DNA of 64,000 nucleotides from an uncultured Planctomycetia bacterium. Its GTDB lineage: Bacteria > Omnitrophota > Gorgyraeia > Tantalellales > Tantalellaceae. A program made the position numbers and the translations under genes. Positions 12,195 to 21,509 of the stretch are shown one piece after another. Position 1 is the stretch's first letter. Every line of letters starts with the position of its first letter. The notes beneath the pieces are model-generated. The model ran no database searches, was not told the origin of the DNA, and saw only the letters and a list, made by a program, of their open reading frames with translations. Where the stretch lies: assembly GCA_964527765.1 (NCBI GenBank), contig CAZGQR010000001.1:182353-246352 (forward strand), in the 5' to 3' direction.

Positions 12195-12373
12195 TTTGCG
12201 CCCTTCCCTTTGCCTTTGCCCTTACCCCTGCTGTCCAGGAGGGCTTTCTCCAGCACGGTTCTCAGATTGTTAAGTTCCGCTCTTGAAAGAATAAAATGCG
12301 CCCGTACCTTTTTGTCAATCGCCTGGATCTCAAAAATATCGTTTTCTTTTACATACCGGATGTTGATCCTCAT
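12191..12373 (-). CDS. small hypothetical protein with C-terminal (GK)n tail
   Basis: 60 aa ending GKGKGKGKGAK. Overlaps the downstream gene start by 4 nt (translational coupling), immediately after PIN-PhoH2. Confidence 0.35.
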   Translation of the reverse strand: MRINIRYVKENDIFEIQAIDKKVRAHFILSRAELNNLRTVLEKALLDSRGKGKGKGKGAK

Positions 12374-12391
12374 CTTTCTCGCCCTCCGCTG

Positions 12392-13783
12392 TTAAAGGAT
12401 CTCCGCCGCAAGGGAAGCCAGTGAGCTTCTCTCGCTCTTTGTAAGGGTCATATGGCCGAACATCTTCTGGCCTTTCATTCTTTCCGCGCAATATGTCAGA
12501 CCGTTGCTGGACGAGTCCAGATACGGGTTATCTATCTGGTAAGGATCTCCGGTAAGGACCATTTTGGCATGGTTGCCCGCCCGGCTGATAACGGTTTTTA
12601 CTTCGTGGGGCGTCATGTTCTGCGCCTCATCGATTATTATGAACCGGTCAGGGATGCTCCGCCCTCTCATGAACGTCATGGCTTCCAGTTCGATTATTTC
12701 CTCTTTAATGTATTTCTCGACCTGGGACTTGACCTTGCCCTTGACCTCCTTGCTTTTCTTCTCCGCGTGAAATATGTATTCAAGGTTATCAAATATAGGC
12801 CCCATCCAGCTCTCGAGCTTCTCCTCCTTGGTCCCGGGAAGATATCCAATATCTTTTCCGAGCGGCATGACCGGACGCGATATCAGGATTCCCGCATAGG
12901 ACCCGTCCTTGATAACCTTTTGAAGCCCGGCAGCGATCGCCAGAAGGGTCTTTCCGGTCCCCGCCGAACCAACAAGGGTAACCAGGCTGATATCATCGTT
13001 CAGCAATAATTCCATCGCCATGATCTGTTCCTTGTTGCGCGGGCGGATCGACATGACATGTGTCTTGCCGAAGATAAGCGGCATCAATATGTCGAATTCT
13101 TCCTTGTATCTTCCTATCGCGGAATGCTTCGGGTCCGCGCTGTCAACAAGAAGAGCAAATTCGTTGGGGAAGAATTCCTCTTTCTCCGCCTTATACTCTT
13201 TTTTTTCGTAGAAAGCATCTATGTCGTTTTTCTCCACGTTTAAAGTGCGCCAGCCGCTGTAAAAATGCTCAAAATCGATCTTTTGTTTCTCAAAATCCAC
13301 GCTGGTGATCCCGAGGGCATCGGCCTTTATCCTGGCGTTGATATCCTTGGATACGAATATGACCTGTTCACCCTTCTGTTTCATCGTATAGGCGGCAAGC
13401 AATATCCTGTTATCCACTACCTTCTCCGACAGCCCCAATTCCGAGATCCTGTCCGGCTCTATCCCCACGGCGATCTTTAATATCCCTCCATTGTCAAGAG
13501 GATATCCCTCGCCGGGTTCCCCCTTCTGACGGAACTTATCCAGCATGCGTATCGCTATTCTCGCATTGCGGCCTTTTTCATCACGATCCCTCTTGAACTT
13601 GTCAAGTTCCTCCAGCACCTCTATGGGCAGGAGCAAGATATTGTCGGCGAATGACACAAGCGCCTGGGGATTATGCAGTATAACGTTCGTATCCAGTACG
13701 AATGTCTTTCTCAATGTCTCTCCTTTCAGGGTTACGTCATCGTTTTTACCAGAGCGGCGACCTTTCCGCCGAGAGAACGGCAT
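12392..13783 (-). CDS. PhoH2-type protein: N-terminal PIN domain fused to PhoH-like ATPase
   Basis: 463 aa. PIN core FVLDTNVILH...D. PhoH Walker A GSAGTGKT and DEAQN Walker B. Confidence 0.8.
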   Translation of the reverse strand: MPFSRRKGRRSGKNDDVTLKGETLRKTFVLDTNVILHNPQALVSFADNILLLPIEVLEELDKFKRDRDEKGRNARIAIRMLDKFRQKGEPGEGYPLDNGGILKIAVGIEPDRISELGLSEKVVDNRILLAAYTMKQKGEQVIFVSKDINARIKADALGITSVDFEKQKIDFEHFYSGWRTLNVEKNDIDAFYEKKEYKAEKEEFFPNEFALLVDSADPKHSAIGRYKEEFDILMPLIFGKTHVMSIRPRNKEQIMAMELLLNDDISLVTLVGSAGTGKTLLAIAAGLQKVIKDGSYAGILISRPVMPLGKDIGYLPGTKEEKLESWMGPIFDNLEYIFHAEKKSKEVKGKVKSQVEKYIKEEIIELEAMTFMRGRSIPDRFIIIDEAQNMTPHEVKTVISRAGNHAKMVLTGDPYQIDNPYLDSSSNGLTYCAERMKGQKMFGHMTLTKSERSSLASLAAEIL

Positions 13784-14208
13784 TGTTCTTCCGCGCGCGC
13801 ATCAGGGCTTCCGATCGAAACGGGTCCGAAATGGTCTCCCTCGCTGTCACCCTGGACTATCATGCCGTGGATCATCATCGCATTTAAAATACCCGTAATG
13901 GTCGTTTCGTTCCCGCCTCCGATATTGGCGGATGAAGAAAAAGCGCCACCCACCTTCCCGGTCAGTTTTCCGTGGAAACTGACCGAGTCATCAAAAAACT
14001 TCTTTATCTGATACGCCATAGAACCATAATATGTCGGGGATCCGATGATCAGACCGTCGTATTCCAGCGCCTTCCTGGCCGGAAAATCCTCAATGCTCTT
14101 TACGTCCACCTGTATATCGGATTCCGCTTTTGCGCCTTCGGCGACCAGGCGGGCCATGGCCGCCGTATTACCGGTCCCGGAATAATAGACTATCGCCAGC
14201 TTCTTCAT
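13732..14208 (-). CDS. flavodoxin-like FMN-binding protein
   Basis: 158 aa. IVYYSGTGNT flavodoxin phosphate-binding loop. Its 3' end overlaps the annotated PhoH2 start by ~50 nt, so PhoH2 may start at a downstream GTG/TTG. Confidence 0.75.
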   Translation of the reverse strand: MKKLAIVYYSGTGNTAAMARLVAEGAKAESDIQVDVKSIEDFPARKALEYDGLIIGSPTYYGSMAYQIKKFFDDSVSFHGKLTGKVGGAFSSSANIGGGNETTITGILNAMMIHGMIVQGDSEGDHFGPVSIGSPDARAEEQCRSLGGKVAALVKTMT

Positions 14209-14296
14209 GCTTCATTTCCCTCCTTCCGGCAAATTTTCGGTCATCGGTCATATGTATTATAATTTAAAAATTACAAATGTTAAACAAATAAATATC

Positions 14297-15103
14297 TTAA
14301 AGTTCATCCCCCCTTGAGGGCAAGTTAATGTATGAATCGAAATCCGTATATCCCTTGATAAACTTTTTAAGGTAGGCAATACGCTCGGAAAGATAGGGAT
14401 GGCTCCTGTAAAAAGAATATCTCGCCCTTGGCGCTTTTTTGCGCAGTTCTTTGAGCTTTTCCATAGCATTGACAGCACCGTTCGGGTCGAACCCGGCCCG
14501 CCGCATGTATTTTACCGAAAGTTCGTCGGCCTGTCTTTCGTCATGCCGGGAATAAGCGGACATCAACTGGCCGATAGCCGCGTTCGCTTTCTCAGGCGTA
14601 CCCCTTTCCTTCTGCATCTGAGCTCCCAGCAGCATAAGCGCGGTAAGCCCCAGATTTGCCTGCAACCGTTTGACGGAGTGCCGGGCTTCCACATGCCCTA
14701 TTTCATGCGCCAGGACCGCTGCCACATTGTCGTCAGTCTCCAGGACTTCCACCAGGTCCTCGAACACGTAAACATACCCGCCCGGCGCGGCAAAAGCGTT
14801 ATAGTAGTCGTCTTTCTCATGGTTAAGAACGGTGAACCGGTATACAACGTCTTTCCTGTCCGCCCCGAGAGCGAGTTTTTCGCCGATCTCCTCCACCCGT
14901 TTCTGCGTTAAAGGGTCCACCGGAAGATCAAATTGCTCGCGGACCTGCTGGTCGATCTTCCTGCCCATATTTCTCTCTTTGACGGCCGGTATCAGCACAA
15001 GTTCTTCTTCTTCGGTCGCCGGGTTGATCGACATCACGCCGCCGGCCAGGAAGGGCAGAAAAAATAAAACCGTCAAAAATACAAGTGTCTTGTTTTTTCG
15101 CAT
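14297..15103 (-). CDS. periplasmic M48-family zinc metallopeptidase
   Basis: 268 aa. Signal peptide. HEIGH zinc motif plus downstream E. M48 (BepA/LoiP-like) without TPR. Confidence 0.75.
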   Translation of the reverse strand: MRKNKTLVFLTVLFFLPFLAGGVMSINPATEEEELVLIPAVKERNMGRKIDQQVREQFDLPVDPLTQKRVEEIGEKLALGADRKDVVYRFTVLNHEKDDYYNAFAAPGGYVYVFEDLVEVLETDDNVAAVLAHEIGHVEARHSVKRLQANLGLTALMLLGAQMQKERGTPEKANAAIGQLMSAYSRHDERQADELSVKYMRRAGFDPNGAVNAMEKLKELRKKAPRARYSFYRSHPYLSERIAYLKKFIKGYTDFDSYINLPSRGDEL

Positions 15104-15891
15104 TACTTACCTTGCGGTTCTCGGTCGCCGCTTTTTATCACGAGTATCTCTTCTGTCGGGATCTCTGTTATATATTCGTCCTTTACCCTGTGCGGTGCTT
15201 TCAGGATATTGGTCTTCACATCCCGGTTGGCCCTTGCAAGCCGGGCTATTATATCCCTGACAAGGACACGTTTGGAATCGCGGTCCCTCGGACAGCCTGA
15301 CTTGATCTCAGGCAAACCTGCATCCCTTGCGTACCTGCGGATCTCTCTTTCCTCCAATAGCACCAGCGGCCTGATGATCGCGATCTTTCCCCCGAACAGG
15401 CTTTGAACCGGGTTCATGCCCGATATCTCCCCGTTGAAGATCATGTTCATAAGTATGGTCTCCACTATATCGTCCTTGTGATGCCCCAGGGCGATTTTAT
15501 TGAATCCCAGTTCCTCGGCTGTCTCGAACAGCGCTTTGCGTCTGTTCCACGAACACCAGAAGCAGTCCTGTCTCGCGAGCCGGTTTTTCCCGGCAATGGC
15601 TATTTCCTTGAAAACATAATCGCATCCGATCGATTCGAAATACCTCCTGAGCTCTTTTGTCTTTACCCGGGAACGCTGGTCGTAATCAGTGATCACATGT
15701 ATTGCCTTGACCGCGTAATCTACGGGAAGCCAGATCTTGCGCTGCTCGAGTATCCTGAGCAGGGCCAGGCTGTCCTTCCCGCCGGAAACCCCCACCAGCA
15801 CTTTATCGCCCGCGCCGATCATGCCGTAACGGTTTATCGCCATTCCGGCTTTTTTCGAGATGAAATATTCTGCCTTATTTAGTCTTTTCAT
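15103..15891 (-). CDS. ttcA: tRNA 2-thiocytidine(32) synthetase TtcA-like PP-loop ATPase
   Basis: 262 aa. SGGKDS PP-loop and CxxC...C motifs typical of the TtcA family. Confidence 0.8.
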   Translation of the reverse strand: MKRLNKAEYFISKKAGMAINRYGMIGAGDKVLVGVSGGKDSLALLRILEQRKIWLPVDYAVKAIHVITDYDQRSRVKTKELRRYFESIGCDYVFKEIAIAGKNRLARQDCFWCSWNRRKALFETAEELGFNKIALGHHKDDIVETILMNMIFNGEISGMNPVQSLFGGKIAIIRPLVLLEEREIRRYARDAGLPEIKSGCPRDRDSKRVLVRDIIARLARANRDVKTNILKAPHRVKDEYITEIPTEEILVIKSGDREPQGK

Positions 15892-15907
15892 GCCTGCTGT
15901 CCTAAAG

Positions 15908-16726
15908 CTAAATATCTTCCACTGACTTCAGCGTAGCCGTGACTCTGCCGAAAGGTATCAAGACCACCCCGTAGAGGGGGTACCGGTTTTTATCCGCGGC
16001 GAAATACATCCAGGCGCTTCCTTTCTTAACGCGTTTTCTTTTCAGCTCGGCGTAAGGCCTCACCTTAAACGCCGGGAAGGACCCGAGGTGAGGAAGCTTC
16101 ACGACATTAACGTTCTCTATTTTCCCAAAAAGCCGATAATTCTTTTCATTCAGATTTACCGTTATGCTGGCTTTTTCGCCGGGCTTTACCGGCAGCATCA
16201 TAAAATAGCATATGGCGCTTACCGGATCCTGCACGTTCTCTTCGATCGTGCACCGTTTTACGGACCCGTCCGTAAGATTCGTGTATATTGCTTCCATTTT
16301 CTCAAAATCATATTCCACCACAACATGTTTCCTGTAATTGCCTTCTTTTCTGTCGGCTTCATATCGACGGCTTGTCATCGTCTGCGTATCTATGAAAGAT
16401 GTATATGTATCTTCGACCCTGTAGATCTTGGAAAGGAACTTATTGGATTCCGTTACCAGGGTCACGACGTACACGTCGCGGCCGCGATAATTCTCTATAT
16501 TGCCGCTCTCGGCGCGGATCACTCCTATCGGGATATTGTTCCAGGCCATCAGGTAGGTGAGTCTCTTCCGGGCATGAAACCCGGGTCTTGTCAGCATGGA
16601 ACTTAAGACCTTCTCTTCGGAAACATCTCCGGCAGACTTAAGCGCTTTTATTGTCCCGGTATTGGCACAACCCAGGACATTCAAAAGCATCAACGAAGAA
16701 ATAACTATGGCCTGTAATTTTCTCAT
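15908..16726 (-). CDS. lipoprotein, DUF3108-like
   Basis: 272 aa. Signal peptide with LGC lipobox. The domain call is from memory and is weak. Confidence 0.4.
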   Translation of the reverse strand: MRKLQAIVISSLMLLNVLGCANTGTIKALKSAGDVSEEKVLSSMLTRPGFHARKRLTYLMAWNNIPIGVIRAESGNIENYRGRDVYVVTLVTESNKFLSKIYRVEDTYTSFIDTQTMTSRRYEADRKEGNYRKHVVVEYDFEKMEAIYTNLTDGSVKRCTIEENVQDPVSAICYFMMLPVKPGEKASITVNLNEKNYRLFGKIENVNVVKLPHLGSFPAFKVRPYAELKRKRVKKGSAWMYFAADKNRYPLYGVVLIPFGRVTATLKSVEDI

Positions 16727-16822
16727 ATTTTATATTATAATCAAAAGCGGCTAAAATCGCCACAGGTATCAGATCCTACGCCCCGGATATGGATGCTCAC
16801 TAAAACCAAAAGGAGGCCCGCA

Positions 16823-17368
16823 ATGGCTTTTCTCGAACTGGCAAAATCCAGAAAAAGCGTCCGCGCATATGACAACCGCTGCGTCAGGCGAAAGGACCTG
16901 GAACTATGCGTTGAAGCAGCGTGCCTGGCGCCCTCGACCTGCAATTCCCAAGCATGGAAATTTATCATAATAGACGAACACGCCAAGAGGGAGGCGGTCG
17001 CAAAAACCGTCTTTTCCGGTCTTTATAAAATGAACGCATTCGCGAGTGAAGCTGCCGCTTTCATAGTCCAGATCTCGGAAAGAGTGAAATTCCCCGCCTG
17101 GGTCGGCGGAAAGCTCAGGAATACCGATTTCAGGCGTATAGATGCAGGTATCGCCTGCGCGCATCTCATTTTACAGGCACAGGAGCTCGGCATCGGAACA
17201 TGTATTCTCGGCTGGTTCGACGAGAAAAGATTAAAAAAGATACTTTCCGTACCCTCGGGAAAGAAGATCGAGCTTGTAATCGCCCTGGGATATCCGGCAC
17301 AACCGGAGCAGCTTCCCGAGAAACGCCTCAAGGATAAAAACGAAGTTGTTTCGTTCAACAAATACTAG
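16823..17368 (+). CDS. nitroreductase family protein
   Basis: Start chosen at MAFLEL with RBS AAAAGGAGG. Conserved SVRAY...PS..N.Q.W nitroreductase motifs. Confidence 0.8.
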   Translation: MAFLELAKSRKSVRAYDNRCVRRKDLELCVEAACLAPSTCNSQAWKFIIIDEHAKREAVAKTVFSGLYKMNAFASEAAAFIVQISERVKFPAWVGGKLRNTDFRRIDAGIACAHLILQAQELGIGTCILGWFDEKRLKKILSVPSGKKIELVIALGYPAQPEQLPEKRLKDKNEVVSFNKY

Positions 17369-17436
17369 TTTTGAGTCATCCCTGCCGAGGTCTTTCGCGG
17401 GACTTCGCGGGATGTTACAAAATGACAATGCCGCAA

Positions 17437-17472
17437 GAAAAAGCCCGTCCTGCTAAGCAGGACGGGCTTTTT
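17437..17472. terminator. bidirectional intrinsic terminator between convergent genes
   Basis: AAAAAGCCCGTCCTGC-TAA-GCAGGACGGGCTTTTT. 13-bp perfect stem flanked by A and T runs. Confidence 0.65.
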
Positions 17473-17492
17473 AAATAAGTTCAAACTATTCT

Positions 17493-17783
17493 TTAATCGG
17501 TACTCTCACTCTCCGGATACCAGAAAGTGGCTATTCTCCAGATACCTTCGACAAACCTGGCAATGCCTCTACCCGCATCATCGCTCGTGTGGGCCGTATT
17601 GTCCACGCCGGACGGCGTGCCTTTCGTATTGGTTTCGGTAAGATTGTCAGGAACTTCAACCGGCCCGTACACCAATTCATCCAACCCCTCACCGAGGTTC
17701 TCCAAAGGTTTATTCGTAGAAGCGAACGCGCTAATGTTAAATAACATTACAAATATGGCCAAAAATATCAAAAGCTTCTTCAT
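17493..17783 (-). CDS. small secreted hypothetical protein
   Basis: About 96 aa, signal peptide. ATG at 17783 is preferred over the upstream GTG because of SD AAGGGGGTG. Confidence 0.45.
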   Translation of the reverse strand: MKKLLIFLAIFVMLFNISAFASTNKPLENLGEGLDELVYGPVEVPDNLTETNTKGTPSGVDNTAHTSDDAGRGIARFVEGIWRIATFWYPESESTD

Positions 17784-17810
17784 CTTCACCCCCTTTAACC
17801 TTTAAGCTGA

Positions 17811-17839
17811 AGTATATCCCATATACCGGCAATTGTCAA
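17811..17839 (-). promoter_or_regulatory. sigma70-like promoter (TTGACA-17-TATACT)
   Basis: Minus sense TTGACAattgccggtatatgggaTATACT about 25 nt upstream of the SD of the small secreted protein gene. Confidence 0.45.
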
Positions 17840-17890
17840 GTTTGAAAACCTAATTGCCGGTTACATCAGAAAGCCAAATACCCCGACCCG

Positions 17891-18400
17891 TCACAAGATA
17901 CCGGCGAAACTCAGCGCGGCTATGGTCTTGGAATCATTTATCCTGCCGTTTTTGAACAATCTTCGGGTCCCGCGCCTGGTGAACCGTTCCACCCTGATCA
18001 GTTCATCACCGTCTTTTCGCCCTTTTTTCCTGCTTTCGCACCTGGCTTTGAATATATATATTTTCTCGTTGCAGAAACCGGGCGTGCTGTATACAAGGCC
18101 TATCCTCTTAAGGTCCTTTACCGTGTAGCCGGTTTCTTCCACCACTTCTCTTTTCGCACAGGCATAAGGCGTTTCGCCCGGCTCAAGCGTCCCGGCCGGT
18201 AATTCCCAGATATATTTCCCTATAACGCCTCTGTACTGGCGGATAAAGACGATCTTATCTTTGACAAAAGGTATAATGAGAGCCGCCCCGGGATGGTCGA
18301 CCTCTTCAAAATATGCCTTCCGGCCGTTGGGAAGCTTTTTCCTGCCCTTAAAGACCCTGAAAAGGCGTCCTTTAAACACTTCCCTCCGGCTAAGCCGCAT
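17891..18400 (-). CDS. NUDIX hydrolase
   Basis: 169 aa. Nudix box GTLEPGETPYACAKREVVEETG. Confidence 0.75.
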   Translation of the reverse strand: MRLSRREVFKGRLFRVFKGRKKLPNGRKAYFEEVDHPGAALIIPFVKDKIVFIRQYRGVIGKYIWELPAGTLEPGETPYACAKREVVEETGYTVKDLKRIGLVYSTPGFCNEKIYIFKARCESRKKGRKDGDELIRVERFTRRGTRRLFKNGRINDSKTIAALSFAGIL

Positions 18401-18815
18401 CCGTGCCTTCCCCCAAACGCTTTATCTGCAAATTCAGCACTTTGAGCATTACCACCTTTTCAAGGTAACTCAGGCTGAACGGTTTGATTATATAATCGTC
18501 GGCACCCAGCTTGAACGCCTCGTCAATGACATCCTCATCGGACACGCTGGTCATCATTATAACCCTTGTGTCCGGGGCGGCCTCCTTTATCTCCTTAAGC
18601 ACCTGTATGCCGTCCTTGCCCCACCCCAGCTTTACATCCAAAAGAACAAACGCGGGAGACTCTTTTTTTACCAGCTGGAGAGCTTTGCCGCCATTGGTGG
18701 CCTGCAAAACTTCATAATTCTTATGTGTGAAAAAATCATAAAGAAAAGATACGATACCGACCTGGTCATCGACTATAAGCATCCTGGGCTTATTGCCCTT
18801 CTTCTCATTATTCAT
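18390..18815 (-). CDS. stand-alone response regulator receiver domain protein
   Basis: 141 aa CheY-like protein (LIVDDQ...D...T...K). No output domain. Confidence 0.8.
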   Translation of the reverse strand: MNNEKKGNKPRMLIVDDQVGIVSFLYDFFTHKNYEVLQATNGGKALQLVKKESPAFVLLDVKLGWGKDGIQVLKEIKEAAPDTRVIMMTSVSDEDVIDEAFKLGADDYIIKPFSLSYLEKVVMLKVLNLQIKRLGEGTDAA

Positions 18816-18983
18816 TATCTACCGTCCTTCATTAGTTAAGTTCCGGCATCGGAACAAAGACATAGAAAAGTATACATAATACATCTGGATTTTTCAAGAA
18901 TTGTCTATGGAACACGAACAGACACGGGAGCGGTTTCCTTTGACTTTGTTCGGAACAGGCCGGCCGCAAGCAAAAGCGTGCAG

Positions 18984-19016
18984 TAAAAAAAGGAGCCGAT
19001 CGGCTCCTTTTTTTAT
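18984..19016. terminator. intrinsic terminator (palindromic GGAGCCGATCGGCTCC flanked by A and T runs)
   Basis: AAAAAAAGGAGCCGATCGGCTCCTTTTTTTAT, 26 nt downstream of the 19042..19416 minus-strand gene. Confidence 0.55.
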
Positions 19017-19041
19017 CCCTGCTCAAGGTCTTCTGTTATTT

Positions 19042-19416
19042 TTATTTTTTCAGATACTCCAGCATGGCCTCTTCCTTTTTCTCGTCCCACTCCTGCTTAA
19101 AATCGGCCCTGTGCTTTGTCTTCAAAGCGGGTGTTATCGTGCAGGTATTGTGGAAGCTCGGGCGTGCCGGGGTACCGGTCTTTTCATTGCTCGCGATCGG
19201 AGTAACTTTAAAAAGAAGTGCCGAAAACACCATAACTACAGCTATACCGGCGGCGCTATATTTCTTAACCTGGTGGGCCCAGAGTGACACCGTTTTGCAT
19301 CTCATCTCGACGCCGAAATCGATCTCCCCCTTAAGATAATCACCTGCGGTATTGATGGCATCTTCTTTGTCCGATGCGTTGCATATCAATTCAATCAATG
19401 TCCTGTATTTCATCAC
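19042..19416 (-). CDS. hypothetical protein
   Basis: 124 aa. One hydrophobic segment. Has its own strong promoter and terminator. Confidence 0.4.
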   Translation of the reverse strand: MMKYRTLIELICNASDKEDAINTAGDYLKGEIDFGVEMRCKTVSLWAHQVKKYSAAGIAVVMVFSALLFKVTPIASNEKTGTPARPSFHNTCTITPALKTKHRADFKQEWDEKKEEAMLEYLKK

Positions 19417-19458
19417 ACTACCCCCATACTAACAAAAACTCTTACTTTTGTTTACCTT

Positions 19459-19497
19459 ATTTTAACCTGCTGAATGCTCCCTGTCAACTAACTATTT
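19459..19497 (-). promoter_or_regulatory. sigma70 promoter (TTGACA-17-TAAAAT)
   Basis: Minus sense GTTGACAgggagcattcagcaggtTAAAAT about 50 nt upstream of the start of the 19042..19416 gene. Confidence 0.5.
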
Positions 19498-19602
19498 TAA
19501 ACTTAACATCAAGAAACATTTTATAAAAACTAGCTATTTTTGTTGTTTTTACTAACTTTTTTAACACTAATTCTGGGGGTAAGTTTAGAATTAAAAAATT
19601 GA

Positions 19603-19687
19603 GGGACAGGTCTGGGATTGATTCAGGGACAGGTCTGGGATTGATTCAGGGACAGGTCTGGGATTAAAATTTTTTACGGTCTGGGTT
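19603..19687. repeat. tandem direct repeat: 3 units of 23 bp (GGGACAGGTCTGGGATTGATTCA) plus a degenerate fourth unit
   Basis: Units at 19603-19625 and 19626-19648 are identical. The 18-nt unit at 19649-19666 is truncated, followed by an AT spacer and a GGTCTGGG remnant. No unique spacers between units. Confidence 0.8.
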
Positions 19688-20481
19688 CAATTTGAAAAAC
19701 GTCCCCTTATTAAAAGGTTGAGCATTTCTTTGTGGATCCTGCCGTTGGTTGCCAGTATCTCCTTTTTAAAAATATCGAACCGGTCACCCTTAAGCGTCGT
19801 CACTGTCCCCCCGGCTTCTTTCACGATCAACAGTCCCGCGGCCGTATCCCAGGGGGCAAGACCTGATTCCCAAAAACCGTCAAACCTGCCGCACGCGACG
19901 TAACAAAGGTCTATCACCGCCGAGCCGGCCCGTCTAACGGCCTGCGCCTTCTGCAGCATTACCTTAAAACGATCAACATTGGCGATCTTCCCTTCAACGT
20001 TATAGGCAAACCCCGTGGCGATCAGCGAATCCTGCACCGCTTCGCTTCTGGAGACCTTTATCCGGTTGCCGTTCAGGAACGCCCCCTTCCCTTGTTCGGC
20101 CGTAAAGAGCTCGTCCCGTGTCGGATCGTACACAACGCCCACTATGATCGAACCGCCCGACATGACTCCTATCGACATGCAGAAAAAAGGAAAACCGTGG
20201 GTATAATTCGTCGTTCCGTCAAGCGGATCGATGACCCACTTGAAAACGCCGCCGGACGCATGCTCCCCGCTTTCTTCCGCCAGTATTGAGTGGGACGGGA
20301 ATGCCTTATTTATCCTGCCGATGATGATCTCTTCACACGTTCTGTCCACATCCGTGACAAGATTATTAAAACCTTCCTTATGTTCTATCTTCCCCAGATC
20401 ATCAATACGCCTTAGAGCATACTTCCCGGCTTCCCTGGCCGCGCTTGCCGCGGTTTCTGTGATCCTATTTAATTCCTCCAT
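19687..20481 (-). CDS. suhB: inositol monophosphatase family protein
   Basis: 264 aa. Motifs DPLDGT and WDTAAG. Confidence 0.8.
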   Translation of the reverse strand: MEELNRITETAASAAREAGKYALRRIDDLGKIEHKEGFNNLVTDVDRTCEEIIIGRINKAFPSHSILAEESGEHASGGVFKWVIDPLDGTTNYTHGFPFFCMSIGVMSGGSIIVGVVYDPTRDELFTAEQGKGAFLNGNRIKVSRSEAVQDSLIATGFAYNVEGKIANVDRFKVMLQKAQAVRRAGSAVIDLCYVACGRFDGFWESGLAPWDTAAGLLIVKEAGGTVTTLKGDRFDIFKKEILATNGRIHKEMLNLLIRGRFSN

Positions 20482-20494
20482 ACCGGGATAGAAC

Positions 20495-20782
20495 TTACAA
20501 CTTATAGACCTGGTCCCCTCTTCTTGTCTTTCCCTTGACTTTTACGGCGACTTCCTGACCGGCCGAAACACTTTCCACCGCTTCATGCTCGATCTGCATG
20601 GACGGGATCTTCTCCTGGAAATCGGTCGTGTGCCCCTTGACCCTTATGTGGTCGCCGACGGATAACGTACCCTTATCGATCTTGATAACGGAAGCTTTAA
20701 CGTGAGGAAAATAATGCACCACGGTGCCGATAGGCTCCCCTTCTACCGGCTTTTCCTTTTTCCTGAACAACCCGAAGATCAT
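20495..20782 (-). CDS. small protein with an EF-Tu domain-2-like beta-barrel
   Basis: 95 aa. The G.V.HYF...VGD.I.V.G...RRGD pattern resembles translation-factor domain II. Weak call. Confidence 0.35.
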   Translation of the reverse strand: MIFGLFRKKEKPVEGEPIGTVVHYFPHVKASVIKIDKGTLSVGDHIRVKGHTTDFQEKIPSMQIEHEAVESVSAGQEVAVKVKGKTRRGDQVYKL

Positions 20783-20837
20783 GACATCCTCCCTTCTTTT
20801 TGCCTTTGGCAGATAATTAAAAACCGGCGATCAAACG

Positions 20838-21509
20838 CTAAATACCGTTAAGCGGACAATTCCCGCACAGCGGTTCCTTCTTCCTGCAAAACCTTTTCGC
20901 TGTTTCTACCAGAAGCGCGTGAAACTGGTTCAGGGCCTTCTCATCCGGCGGAAAACAGCTGTGCACAAGGGACTGCACCTCATCATAAGAGGCGTCCTGG
21001 CGTATCAGCCCGTGGCGTGAAAATATGCGTTTCGTATAGGCATCCACAACGAATACGGGTTTTTTCAGGGCGTATACAAGAATGGAATCGGCTGTCTCCG
21101 GACCGACCCCCTTGACCGCAAGAAGCTTTTCCCTGATGTTCCCGGCATCCTTTCTCCTCAGTCCCCGCAGCTTACCGTTGCACTCCGACATGACAAAGCG
21201 GCTGATCTCCTTCAGCCGCCGGGCCTTTATGCGATAATACCCGACAGGCCGTATGATGCGGGCCAGGCGCGCCGTACGTGTCTTCATGATCTCGGCGGGA
21301 CCCAAGAGCTTTCCGCTCCTCAACCGGCCCATTACCTTCTCAACATTCGACCATGCGGTATTCTGTGTCAATATGGCCCCTACTACCACCTCGAACGCGG
21401 ATCTGGCCGGCCACCATCCGAGATCCCCGAAATGCCCTTCAAGTGATTCATATATTTTCCTGATCTTCGTTCCGCGTCTTTTGGCGGACCTGCTCTTACC
21501 TTTTGACAT
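20838..21509 (-). CDS. endonuclease III-like HhH-GPD DNA glycosylase with Fe-S cluster
   Basis: 223 aa. HhH LKGVGPETAD, catalytic D, and C-terminal Cx6CxxCx5C. Confidence 0.7.
   Translation of the reverse strand: MSKGKSRSAKRRGTKIRKIYESLEGHFGDLGWWPARSAFEVVVGAILTQNTAWSNVEKVMGRLRSGKLLGPAEIMKTRTARLARIIRPVGYYRIKARRLKEISRFVMSECNGKLRGLRRKDAGNIREKLLAVKGVGPETADSILVYALKKPVFVVDAYTKRIFSRHGLIRQDASYDEVQSLVHSCFPPDEKALNQFHALLVETAKRFCRKKEPLCGNCPLNGI

Noticed and set aside
19603-19687. Possible CRISPR array
   Set aside because: Units are contiguous with no unique spacers. Only about 3 copies. No cas genes in the window.
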